This document shows, piece by piece, positions 51,797-64,000 of a stretch of 64,000 nt of DNA. The position numbers and the translations under genes were made by a program. The notes under the pieces are model-generated. The model was not told where the DNA came from, made no database searches, and saw nothing but the letters and a program-made list of their open reading frames with translations. Position 1 is the first letter of the stretch, and each line of letters starts with the position of its first letter. Source of the stretch: Phoronis australis (taxonomy: Eukaryota > Animalia > Phoronida); contig NMRA01000309.1 in NCBI GenBank assembly GCA_002633005.1, positions 186,001 through 250,000 on the forward strand, written 5' to 3'.

Positions 51797-52135
51797 AGGT
51801 CCATGGGCCTATACCCGAAGTAACGCCTTTTTGCCATCTCTTTTCAACCAAGGGGTTCGCACATTGGCGCATGCCCCTAAGTTTTGCATATAAGCCCAGG
51901 AAATGTCTCCTGCATACTGTAGGCCCATACATTAATTCGCATGTAGGGGCATCCATGTTTTTGATAAAAATTGACTAGCTTTTCATGAACAACATTTTAC
52001 CATGTTACAGCGCGTTTGGGCCCATGGGCCTGTATGTAATCCCCCTTTTCGCGGTCTCTTTTTTACCCAAGTGGTTGGCGCATGCGCTTAAGTTTCGCAT
52101 ATAAGTGTAGTTCCACACAGACGCCCATGGGCCTA
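51797..52135. repeat. Element with CCCATGGGCCT ends and an internal direct duplication of about 95 bp
   Basis: 51798-51896 and 52018-52106 are homologous (CCATGGGCCT..CTTTT..CCAAG..TTGGCGCATGC..TAAGTTT.GCATATAAG); ends TAGGTCCATGGG / CCCATGGGCCTA. Confidence 0.55.
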
Positions 52136-53178
52136 ATGGCACGGCAATACGGTAAGCGTGGTCAGCATGCGACAACAGTGAAGCGAAGTAATGCAGTCCT
52201 AACAATAAGTTTACTGCATCTTGTTTTTGCATTTTCTTTCGATGAGGAAACATAATGACCGACTGACTAACGGTATGTTTGCTCAATGAAAGTTGAATAC
52301 AGACGCAATACGCCGGAAATTGTTCGTTGGGCCGACTACGTCACTTCATTATTCTTGAATGCACAGTTTATTATGACCAATGGAACAGCAGTTAAAGCTG
52401 AAACGTGAATCTGGTCTAAGTCCAGATCCCTCTTGTACTTAGTAGCTCAATTGTCTGCCTCAAGTTAACAATAACTCAGCTCGTATCTCGATGCGGGTTA
52501 CCTACACGCAGCGAGGCAAAATGTTCACGGATCGTAGTAAATGTAGTACACAGCCATAAAATGAGCGAGTGAAATTTGTTGTCAGGTGATACAATAGTTA
52601 GCTTTCATAACCTACCGGTTGTAGCCGGCAAAAATAATTAGCCCACCTCGTCCGCATACTGTGTGAATTTATGTTCGCCAGTTAAAATAAAACAATATCT
52701 GAAAAAGTTGTCTCACCCCCCCCCCATTTGTCTCACCCCTCACAAGACAAAATCCTCAAGGCTTATTTTTCAGCAGCTGTAGGCTCTGACCATGTGAGGC
52801 ACGTAGCTCTCCGTCCAAGCTGGCCCCAAGTACTTAGCCGATTATATTCGGTAATCAATGAAAATTAATTATTTCATCATCTTGCAACAACAAATCTTTC
52901 TTGCTGGCTTATTGTAACCGTAGTTACTGATCATTGGACATTTTGGCTGGCTGTGACGTAAGGTCAATTTCACTTGAGGAAGCCAAATGACCTCGTAATT
53001 CTCCGGCTGCGATGACCCTGAGAGTAAGACGAAAGACTGAGGACGAGTTCCACAATAGCCTACCGGTACCTGTTCTAATGATGCTTTAAGAGGATGAAAT
53101 TTATACGATGTGACAAACTCATCCAAAAAATTTTCAGTTTCTAGAACGTTGTCTTGATTAGCGAAGATTCCTTTGCAG

Positions 53179-53262
53179 TCGAAGTATGGCGCGCTTGGCT
53201 ATGGCGGAAGTTTCCCACGATACAACCGCTCAACTGCTCCCTATTCTAATAACTCTAGATCA
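53179..53262 (+). CDS. 84-nt coding exon of the giant protein gene (SKYGALGYGGSFPRYNRSTAPYSNNSRS)
   Basis: CTTTGCAG| acceptor and TCA|GTAAGT donor, phase 0-0; the Gly/Tyr/Ser composition is continuous with the next exon. Confidence 0.75.
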
Positions 53263-53772
53263 GTAAGTGTAAATTTTCACATCCAATCTCCACGTGTTAA
53301 TCATTCTGTGTGCATGTTACGTGAGCCTTCCCGCCAAACCCTTGTAGTTTCCTGTAACAAATACATGGTGGAAGTCAATCAAATGTTATAGTTTTATAGT
53401 CGCATTCAGGCGATTTCACCGGTATGCTGATCGTAGATCTGGCCTTTAGATCAATATTACAAATCATTTACTTACCGTTTCGCATTTTGAATATTGTTTT
53501 TAAGAAGGTAAGTTAAGTCTGTACATCATATATTTCATTATATATTTACTGTGTTTGTAAATAATGCGTTTTGTTTTCAACTGTTTACTAGTTCATTCAG
53601 TCGTTTTGGTTGCCCTACTTTGAACAGCTGTTGTTCTGAGGAAATATAAGATGAAACGCTTTTCAATCCAGAACTTTTCGGCTTCATAACTTACTGAGTT
53701 TTGTTAATTTTTTGAAACAGAGTTTCTATCATTGTATTAATATTGTCTTTACGAATAACGCATTTGTTTCAG

Positions 53773-56700
53773 CTTTCGAGTGGCCGCTACGGAGGCTCAA
53801 CATACGGACTTGGTGGGGGAGGATCTTACGGCGGTAGCTATGGCGGGAAGTCGTATGGTTCTGGCAGTTACGGTGGCTATGGAAGCTATGGCTTAGGAGG
53901 TAGTGGGTTAGGAAGTCGTTCGTCTAGCTATGTAAGTGGCATTGACAGAACCGGTACCTACCAGTCATCTTCTCTTGACAGGGCAAGCGCAACTCGTGAC
54001 CGTTACACAAACACCTATGCAGGGGCCTCCTATGATCGATATTCGTCCCTAGACAGAAACTATGGAGGTTATCGGTCAGGTTACTTATCAGATGCTAGTA
54101 GCACATACGGCTCTTGGGATAGAAGATCAACTCGAAGCACCGGAAGTAGATACTCGTCTGCATATTCGCTCCCGGGTAGCAGAGACACGTCTTTAGATCG
54201 CGCCTCTTTATACAGCAGCGATTATGGCTACTCAAGAAGAAGGGAACGGAGAGGAAAGGACCCTGTTGAAGAAAGAGTAAGTGTCCCTGTGCTTGTACGG
54301 GAATTTGAAACGAAGGCTGCGAAAGAAAACCGTCATCATGATTCAGACGTAGCAACAACTGGATCTTTATATAATTACAACAGACGACAAAGAGAGTCAA
54401 AGCCCAACTCTTACCGAGAACGACGACGAGAAACAGAATCTCCGCCAAGGCGAACTCAGCAAGAATCTGCCAGGCGAAAACGAGTGCAGCGAAGGAAAGA
54501 GACCGACACCTCTGACTCTGAAGCAGAAGTGCAACGCGACAATAGGAGCACACCAGAAGCCTTGCGAGACCATACTGTTGGTCCAGTTGAAACAATTCAA
54601 ACAGTGCAATATTTAACCACAAGAGCGACGTCGCCATTTGAGTTTGACGCTAGATATGTCCCAATAAAAAATCGTGCTAAAACTATCGCTAACACGAAGA
54701 CAGTTGCTCGTCCTCGTAAACTATTTAAAATGAACGTCAATGGGCAGATTTTATTCGGTGAAAAAGCACCACCTGAAGTTGGTCATTGTGCCATACAAAC
54801 AGTAGACGACCAAGACATTTGCTCGCGCGATTTAAATTCTGAAGGAGTGAATGAGTTAACTATGAGTTCAGATTTTCACGAACTGTTCGACAAGTACGCA
54901 GGAGGGTTAGAATTTCCGCAAAAGTCCCCCCAGTCGGAAGCTGACCCCAACAGTCCTGCCGTTATTGAGGTGGAAAATTGCAAAGCTGATTCTGGAGAAA
55001 TTTCAAGGAAAGAGATGTCCAGTCAGCCTTGTGAAAAAGATGGTGAATCTCGTGAGCTATCTAAGAAAGCAAAACGTTTGAATCGCCTCAAACGAGAAAA
55101 AGACCTTTATATCACAGAATCTGAAACTGAAATGGAGGAGAAGGCTCCGCCAAAGATGGTAAGAATGGAGTCTGGGGAAATTACAGGAGATTACGATGAA
55201 TACAAAAGTGCAACAGAACTAGAATTAAAAATTAGTACTGGGACAGACTGCGAAACTGAGATTGAAGAAATAACGGGGACGCCTCGGTTTGACGATTGCA
55301 GAAAAGATGTAATAACTTGCGACCAAATTGAGCAAAATATTGAGCACTCTCACATCCATCTTATGGATCAACCGGAAACAATTGTTGAAGATTCAGAGAC
55401 TCTTTGTGAGACAGACGATAAACAACTTAGTTCACAAACAGAGCGCGTCGAGACGGACCGTTCTTCTAGTCAAGTACGCAATATGGGGAAAGAATTGGAG
55501 GCTCCTTCAGTCAAAAGTACTGGTCATGCTAGCCGCCAGGAGTCAATTCCAGAAGCTGATCGCCAGGTTCTTCCTACTATAGAAGTTGAACGCCTGGATG
55601 AAAAGGCTGCTAATTTGTTTGTGCAAGATGTTGAGGAAGATGACGACTTACCGGGGTATCCAGATGATCAAGCAGTGTCTGCTGACGACAATGAGCGCCA
55701 ACTCACCAGATATTACTTGCAAAAACATCGCTGTATGCAAGAGCTTAAAGATTTTGATCGCTGTAATTCTTGGGGTACAACCAGTCAACGACCTTCTCAT
55801 ATCAATCTTGGTCAGCTACAGTCTCCTTTGGACGCTTACATGACCCCACTGACACCGGAAGCGCTTGCATTACGAGAAAGTATAGAGAAAGTGTTAAGTT
55901 GGCAAGAGTCACTTGAATTGGCCGATACCCAAATGCCTGAGACTGGATATTCAGAGGACCCTGTCTACATTACAAAGAGACAAGAAATTTTTCAGAAGCC
56001 TTCGAGCTCTCGAGCATCCAGTCGGACGAAGAACAAGGCTAATCATCGCCGAGACTCGTTCGAAGAAATATATTCTGGGTCAGATTATGAACAGAGAGAT
56101 GACGTTGGCAGTCGTTCAAAAAGATCTCATAGAAGCAGAGAAAGGGGTTCTTCTCGAGAAAATCATAGCAAGCATTCAAAAGATAGCTCACGGAAATCTG
56201 GTAAAAGGGATAATTCGGGAAGTTCTTCTGAAGCTCGGTCGCGGTCAATCGGAAAAAGGCACCATTCTTCGAGACAAAGACTCGCATACGGTGGCTCCAG
56301 ACCGAACTCGCGTGACGAAATTATTGACGAATATACGTCTCCAGAGGAATTCCAGGATGACAAATCTAAACCCAGCAAGACTGAACGGCGCAAGTCGTAC
56401 TCTGATCAGCATCAATCACGTCCTTCTTCAACTGAACGGCTGTTGGATGACTTCATATCTCAACCTCTCACCAATAAGCAAGAACCACAGCGCATCTCCA
56501 GTGTTACCGCCAAATCATCGCACTCTCGATCGAAATCATTTGACGGTATTTTAGAGCATACCAAAGGACAGTGTGAGGTGTTAGAAGAAGAAGATGTTAA
56601 ATGTAGCTCTACCCATTCTCAGTCAAATACATGTGTCCTTGAGAGAAGGGAGTCTTTAAAGCCAGTCGATGATGAAAAAATGAAACAACTGTCAATGTCT

Positions 56701-59700
56701 TTTGATAATGTTGCAGATGGTAAGCAAAACAAGACCAAAAGCAACCGATCAAGATCTTGTGATCTGCTCCTTACTTCGTCTGACAGTAGTGCATTTTTTA
56801 GAAACACAGAGGACAACACTGAGATGACACGTCGCAAAGAATTAAGTGAGGACGGTACCAAAAATTTGACTACAAGTAAATCAAGCGCCAGTAAAGTGGA
56901 ACAATTTTCACAGCAGCTTGACGTACTGAGTCAGTCCAAGAATGGTTCCACAAAAAGATCACGATCAGTAGAAAACATCTTCGAGTCCAAGGAAAAGTTT
57001 TTGTCCATGCCATTTTCAAAATCCTGTGAGAACATTCTTTTTGCAGATCAGGACACTTCAAATGAAGAAAATTCGTTAGTTAGTGCCCCTGATCCTTCAA
57101 ACAATGTCACAATTACGCCTGAAGACTCGGGGCAAAAAACCATTTCATTCGAAGACCTCCTTGAAGACATTCTAGACAAGTTAAGCTCAGCTGGTGATTT
57201 TGATGAAGACACAGACTTCGTGAAAAACGAGGACAAACGTAACTTAGAATATCCATTGCATACGGATAATGAAACTGAAGCGATGGGCGCTGATCAGGAA
57301 AAAACTCTTGAAGGGGAACGTACGCTCGAACAACCAACAGAAGTGGCCTTGTCAGATGAAGAGTTGATAAGACATGTGCAACCTGCCATGATTTCTCACG
57401 ATGACGAACATATGAAGCCACTAGAAACACTGTCTGCAGATACAGGTACAACTGACGATTTTGGCATGTCTTGGAAAGAAATCGTGAAATTTCAAAATGG
57501 TGATCACGAAGACAAAGCAGGGACAAATGAATCTATTATGGATGCGTCTGAACAAGAAGCTCCGTTTCCTGAGTCGGTGTTGGTAGAGAAAACCGATGAT
57601 GTGCTAGAATCGAACAAAACTGGGTTAGCATCCCCGTCTACCGAACATGTTGAAGTACCGGAGATGGTAAAACTTGTAGACGTTGACGAAACAGTCCAAC
57701 CTCAGTCTCTGGCCTTGGAAAACGATAGCTTACTTGATGACGACGCAGCAGCAGATGGGGTGCTAGAAAAGATGGACACTGAACTCAATTCTGCTTCAGT
57801 TGATAAACTACACCGCGATGAGCTGTCGGATACCTGCACTGGAAAATTGACATCCGAAGGAGCTTGTGAAGACATAACGAAGCTAATCACAAAATCAAAT
57901 GAAGGACATTCTGGTTTGTATAGCGAAGAGGTAATAGAAACCCACCTTGAAGTAAAGACTGTGAGAGAACAATTGCTTACTGATGTCCCTGATGAAAGAG
58001 GTAACATATGTAAAGACAGTCGCCCTCCCTTACAATCTAATGACACAGACGATTGCCATCAGTTTGCAGCTTTGACGAATAAACAAATAACACCAATAGA
58101 GAGCCTGTCTAAGAACGCTGAAGAGCGTGCCGTTGAAGTAGTTTCTGTTCCCGAGACGACTTCTTTGGACGTTGATACAAGTAAAGAGGAAGAGTGTTCA
58201 CGTGCGGAAGGATTTTTAGAAACACAGAAGGCGGAAAGTGCAAAAAGCATTGCTGATCAAACAAGAGTTATCGAAGCCGTCGATGAGACAATGACACTGT
58301 CTGCTAAAACAGATGCAACAAATACATCTGAAAATAAGCTGAAAATAATAAGCGATGATTATTTGCAAGACTCATTAGACGTACTAAAACAAGAACAAAC
58401 AGTAGATTCAGTCTGCTGTGACTCTCAGCAGAATGAAGATCTTACAAAGATGGGAGAATTTATGGGTGAGGATGAGCACATTGGGCTAGATTCCTCTGAG
58501 ATTTTGGAGAATCGTACGTTAACTGAGGACATTCTGGAAACTGGTATTGGTATTGGTATTGCTATGCTCCCGAATGAATTAACACAACAAGAAGGTATCG
58601 AAGAAGTACATGGACATCAAATAGAGGAGACAAAGGAAGAGATTATAGAAATTGAAACACAATACAGCTCTCTGCATCAACACGAAACAGAAAGAGGTTC
58701 AGGCAAGCAGGCAGCTTCCTCTGAATCCGAGGATACGTCCTCAGCGTCTGACGATCAGTTTGGATTGACATGGAATGAGATTATTGAGAGACAGGAGCGA
58801 AAGCGCAAATCAAAACTCGCAGACAAAATTGTAAATAATGAGGCTGAAACAGAAAAGTTTCAAGAAACTGCGCCAACAGCTATGATTACAGAAATTACCC
58901 CTGAAACTAAAGACTGTATGATTATTAAACAGGAATCTGCCTCTGTGCTTTCAATGACCATAAAATCCAATGACGTTGAGGCAAATGACAGAAACCAGAA
59001 TTTTGGTTTGCCTGACAAGATAACTGATATTCCCTTCAACCAAGCAGTTGATCAAACTATAATTAGCGACCTCAATGAAAAAATATCTTTTCCTACCGAT
59101 GGTACTTCAGCTGAAATGTTGGCAGATAACGAAAATTGTCCAGTTATTATTCGGGATCGTCATGGTCTCGCTAAAAAGATGAAAGGAGATCAATATGACA
59201 CTCAGATTGATAAACCCGGTGCTATTGAAACACTTTTAAGCTACAGCCACGTTGAAAAGAAAAAGAAAGATCGTGTTGAGGAAAAACAGGTCTCCGATCA
59301 AAAGTTAGAAAGGCCCAGAGACGCTGCTGAAAGTATGGAATCTGTCAACGACGAAAAGAAACAAAAGCGTCTCACAGGGTGGAGAGCAGCGTTTACCACC
59401 GACGAACTACAAGTGCCCGAAAGGAAACGTTCAGTAGATGAAAATAAAGTTTTTGAAGATGAGCCTGTTGCTCCAGACAGAGAGACTCGCCGCCGACAAC
59501 TTCGACGAAGTGAACGTCTGTCTAGCGAAATCAAAAGTGATCTAACTGAAGACCAAGAAATGGGAAAAAGGGGGAGAAGAAGGTCAAGAGAAGTTTTGAG
59601 TGTAGAGGATGACGAACCGTCGGTATCCAGACGATACAGGTCAATGGAAGAAATTTCAGAGAAAAAGGATAAACTTGAAAAAGCAGCATCCCATACAGAT

Positions 59701-62700
59701 GTTTCCTCTAAACGACATCGGTCTTGGCGAAGCTCGCTTAGTGAGGAAAATAAATCGAGTACAGAGACCACCTCGTCTCGCAGACGTTCTTCCCAAAGGA
59801 GTCAGGATATTCCTGAAGAATCTGAGAGAGGTCAGTTGGAAAAGATACAGAATGCACCAAAAGAAGATGGTCGGGGGTTGAGTTGGAGAAGTGTATTAAA
59901 CGAAGAGTGCCCTGAGAACAGATTTAAGTCTGCATCACACGAACTTCTAACAGTAAGAGGAGAACCCCTTGTTAAATCCAAATCCCAAGAAGTCCTTGAA
60001 ACTCCCCGAAAAACGTGGCGTGACAGACTACGTGAACAAGAGGAACTAGAAGAAAAGGTAATCGACGATAAAACCACAAAAACCGCTCAAACAAGAGAAA
60101 CAAAGGAGAATACAAGGAAACTAACTAGAGAAGAACGCATTGCCAAGCTGCGTGAAGAAATGCTTTATGGAAAGAAAAGGGGATTACAGGAAACCAAAGA
60201 CAATCGCTCGCAAGAAAATTCCCAACAGAAAGTCGAACAACATGCTACTGAGCCCAAGGCGAGTTTAAAAGACAGATTTCTTGGAAACGTGGCTGCCCAG
60301 CAAGAACGTAAAGAAAAGAGGGAAAATAAAGAAGAGAAGCGGCGTTTGGCGTCTCTTCATTCATCTAAAGCCGTTGATCTCGTGGTTAAGGAGCGCGAGG
60401 AGAAAGCTAAGATTCTTCATGAAAAAGAGGCTCAAGAAAAGGCTCAGAACGAGAGAAGGCACCAAGAAGAACGGAAAAGGGAAAAATTGCGAAAGAAAGA
60501 AGAAGAAGAAAGGAAACAACGGGATGAGGAAAAAAGAAAGGCACAAGAAGCTAAACAACGCCTACCGTATTTCGGTTGGAGGCAGGCTGTGTATGGAGAA
60601 GAAGCTCAAGAATACAAAGGTGTTTCAAAAACAGAAGTGAAACAGTCCGAACAAAGCATTTCCGAGAAAGCCAACGATGAAAAGGCTAATAAAGCTCGCG
60701 CTAGAAGGGAGTTGTTAGAAGATCGAATAAAACGCATACAAGACGACGCTCAACGAAAGCTACAAAAAGTTCACACTAAAGTCCATCCAATGGATCTGGA
60801 GAAAATACACAAACAGAAGCATGGTTTGTCTACACAGGCTGCGAAATTTCAAAACGATGGAGAAATTAAACAAAGTCCCTTCATAAAACGCTTTGAAGAA
60901 ATTGATGATCATCTGGAAACAGCGGTACCAAAACAAAATCGGATCAACAATAGAAAGGAAATACAAACAAAGCAGCAAGAGCAGCAGGAACCTTCAAAGA
61001 GATCTAAGGTCGCAGAAAGAATTCGTGCTGAACAACTTAAGCAACAAGCTCTTCGCGAGCAACAAAAGCTTGAGGAAGAAAAAAGACAGAAAATGAAGGA
61101 AGACCAAGAACGAAAAAGAAAACAGTGGAATAGGGAGTCAGATCCCTTGCCAAGACAGAGCCAATATATACGAGAAGATGAAATCATTGATGAAGATGCT
61201 GCTGATGATCAAACTTCGTCTGTGAATAGAAATGACAGGAGAAAAACAAAACAGACAGAAGCTCCCGAAGAACCAGCTGTACCAAAAAAGACACGATCGC
61301 AGAGGATAATTGAACAACAGAAGGAAGCTGCTGCAGTTGCTGCTGCTGTGGAAAAACAAAAGAGAAGAGACCAGATTGCTCAGCGAGCTCGTAAATTTCA
61401 ACAAACTGAAGAATTACTTCCAAAGCAAAGTTCTTACAAAAGAAATGACAATAGTTTTCTACTTGATGACAGTATTCCAGACGAGCACCTTACATGGAGT
61501 CAGCGCCAAGAAAGGAAAAAAGCAAAAAAGATTAAAGAGGATCAAAAACTACTTGAACAACAGCACCAGATACCGCAACAAAAAGGACACCAGACATCAC
61601 CTGAAGAACCTAAGCCAAGGATAACCGACAGGTATGTTTCAAACAGGCGAAAGGAACAACAGAGGGAAACGGTCGCTGACCAATCTCAGACAAAACGCCA
61701 AGGAAAAACAGATTCAGGAATTTTTGAAGAAACCTCGCCTTCGTCTCCCTTAAGTCAACGAAAACAATTTAAAACTAGGTACAAAGCGGATGGGTCCCCT
61801 TGTTTGCCACAAAGCAACAATGTTCTTCAGCTCTTACGGCCAACAAGTATGACGGATTCGCAATGGTCACTGTATTCGAATGAGTCGGGAGCAGACTCTA
61901 TGGTTACTGAAGACAGCTATGATATTCGCGATAGGTCCGGACGGCGGATTCCGCGTGCACACTCAATGGACTCCATTGCGTCTTCGGTTCAGTCAACTCC
62001 TTTCGGTCTTCGTGATGTCATGCCGTATATGGAAAACTATGAGCTAATGACTGAAACAGATGACGACGAGATAATGATGCGATTCAATCAAATTGGCAGG
62101 GAACGCCACAACAGTATCGGAGGGTCATCAACGTGCAGCCGTCGTAGCCAAGGACCAATCTTCCACAGCACAGTGCAGGACATTGACCACCTCCTCGACA
62201 TGGGCGACCTCGACTGGAACGATTCTGATTTTAGCGATTCGGAACGAAGTGACTGGGAACCGGAGAACCGTCGAAAGTCTCAATCGCTGCCTCTAAGCAA
62301 GACTAGGTCGCCTTTTAATACCTTTCCGAGGTGTCGCGGAAGAACGCTTCCACCTGGTGCCATATATCACACGTCTTGTCGTGATATCGATGACCTTCTC
62401 GGCGTTACACCCAGACTTAAGCTGGCTACGAATAAGCGAAGTCAATATCTTGACAAGAGCTCCTCGGCCATCAATCTCTATCACTTATCCACAGTTGACG
62501 AAGAACAACATTTGCTTGACTCACCAGTGCCCAAAACTCCCGATCCGGTGTTAAAGCCGTCGAAGCAATTCTCTTACCCAGGGGATCAGAGCCACACACA
62601 GTCAGATACCAACTTATCAATGACCGATAAATGCGTAAGACCTGCCCCGCCTTCGAAAAGTTTTTCAACTGGAAACCTGAATGACCTTGGAAATATCCTT

Positions 62701-63024
62701 GACAAGGCTGTTTCAATTCAGTCACAACGGCGCAAGCGAGACGCCTTTTTCGACATGATAGGTCATAAAAACAACAGAGTGGCGACTTCTGATTCTCTGG
62801 TTGATTTGGAAGAGCGTGGAAAAGGCATACAGCCTTGGCAGTCACAAGTTAAGCAGATCCTCTCTTGCAATGATGGGATAATTAATATCTGGGAGCTTAT
62901 GGAGATTTGCAAAAAACCAATAGACCCTCGACCAGCTTACGATGAAGATGAATTTGACGATTACTTTGATGGGTACGGTACGCTGGACGAACTGATTGAC
63001 AGCTTGGGAGTCGATTCGAGGAAG
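53773..63024 (+). CDS. Giant 9,252-nt internal exon encoding 3,084 aa of a largely disordered scaffold-like protein; the gene continues past the window
   Basis: Uninterrupted ORF with acceptor TTTGTTTCAG| (53772) and donor AAG|GTAAGT (63025). It has a GYS-rich head, Arg/Ser-rich blocks, an acidic middle, E/K/R helical segments and a C-terminal DIDxLL repeat. No recognisable globular domain. Confidence 0.9.
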
Positions 63025-64000
63025 GTAAGTTGGGTTTTCGTGGGAAATAATAATGTCCATGTTTGAAATTAAAAAGTTGGTATCATTTCTTGCAATGTTT
63101 TCCGTACTGGACAAGCACAACAGGCGTTTTGGTCAAGTTGTTTTTTTACTCCTGGGAAATTCGGTGGAAATGAGCGATTCATTACTTAAATCATTTTTTT
63201 TGCTCAAGCCATTTAAACCAAGGAACAATCGCTACACGTTGTAGTTTTCTGTTTCCATTGACCTCATTTAAATTTCCTATAACGGAACTACAAAATCTGA
63301 AATACATAATCTATTGGCTCAGTGTAAGATTTCCGTTCCATAGCTTCTAATGATATTAGTCAATGATAGTAGACTGTGTACTAGAAAATGCGGTTTCAAC
63401 CACGATCTTTTACCTAGATAGGTATGGAAGCATTACAAAATTTTGTCGAAGGTGGTAAAATTTACACAACCGAGCGGACAAAAATGGAGGTCCTAATTAA
63501 AACCCCGAGACTCACAGTATCATTCCTGGAAGAGTAGGCCTTACATCTTTCAATTCCTTTAAATGATTTTCTGAAGCAGCTCTTAAAATGCCCATTCATG
63601 CTAACTCCGCTATGAGTGGAACGTCGATGTAAACTGCGAAGTTAGTTCAACGGTTCTTACCGGTTTCGGTAGTTAACAGACATTGAAGTAAACGGTAGGT
63701 GACACTCTCGTCCAAGGAATCGCGATTACAATAAGACCTACAGATAATTTCTATGAGACCGAAGTTGACCACCCATACGGACCACAACTCACGAATCACC
63801 AACAACCCTGGTAGTCTTTGTGTGTTTGTAAATCTGCGCCCCCCCCCCCCCCTCTTTACTTTCAGAGGTTCTCCCTACAAAGTCTACAAAGTCATCTATT
63901 CGGAATCGTACTGGTCTGTGGTTATTTCACTACTAGCCCCATACGCCCAACGTTTCTGTCTTTTGTCCGACTTTTCATCTTTTTTCTTTCTTTTCATCTT

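Noticed and set aside
53743-53772. TTG start of the 3107-aa ORF and its C-terminal VSWVFVGNNNVHV
   Set aside because: Both are intronic read-through beyond the splice acceptor (53772) and donor (63025).
54095-63120. Many antisense and alternate-frame ORFs within the giant exon
   Set aside because: These are shadow ORFs expected from the biased codon composition; they show no motifs or independent splice signals.

Overview
This is AT-rich metazoan genomic DNA, probably from a marine invertebrate, with spliceosomal introns. It is not prokaryotic: I found no operons, rRNA or CRISPR. Three host-type genes lie on the + strand. (1) An orphan gene at about 5.5-7.9 kb has 15-aa tandem repeats and a His-rich tract. 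(2) A complete 5-exon SLC16/MCT-family MFS transporter (13726-22884, 573 aa) has a non-canonical GC-AG last intron. (3) The 5' part of a giant, mostly disordered protein gene comprises two micro-exons (39562-39597, 53179-53262) and a single 9,252-nt frame-symmetric exon (53773-63024), and continues beyond the window. The intergenic and intronic space is full of decayed transposons: Tc1/mariner, TTAA-flanked Kolobok-like elements, PIF/Harbinger elements and MITEs, hAT-like MITEs with 5-7-bp TSDs, two Ty3/Gypsy pol relics, a DIRS-type tyrosine-recombinase retrotransposon relic, an ISL2EU-like relic (THAP-DDE plus convergent YqaJ exonuclease), a foldback element, tRNA-derived SINE heads and minisatellites. 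All protein-family calls come from motifs recognised by eye, not from database searches.
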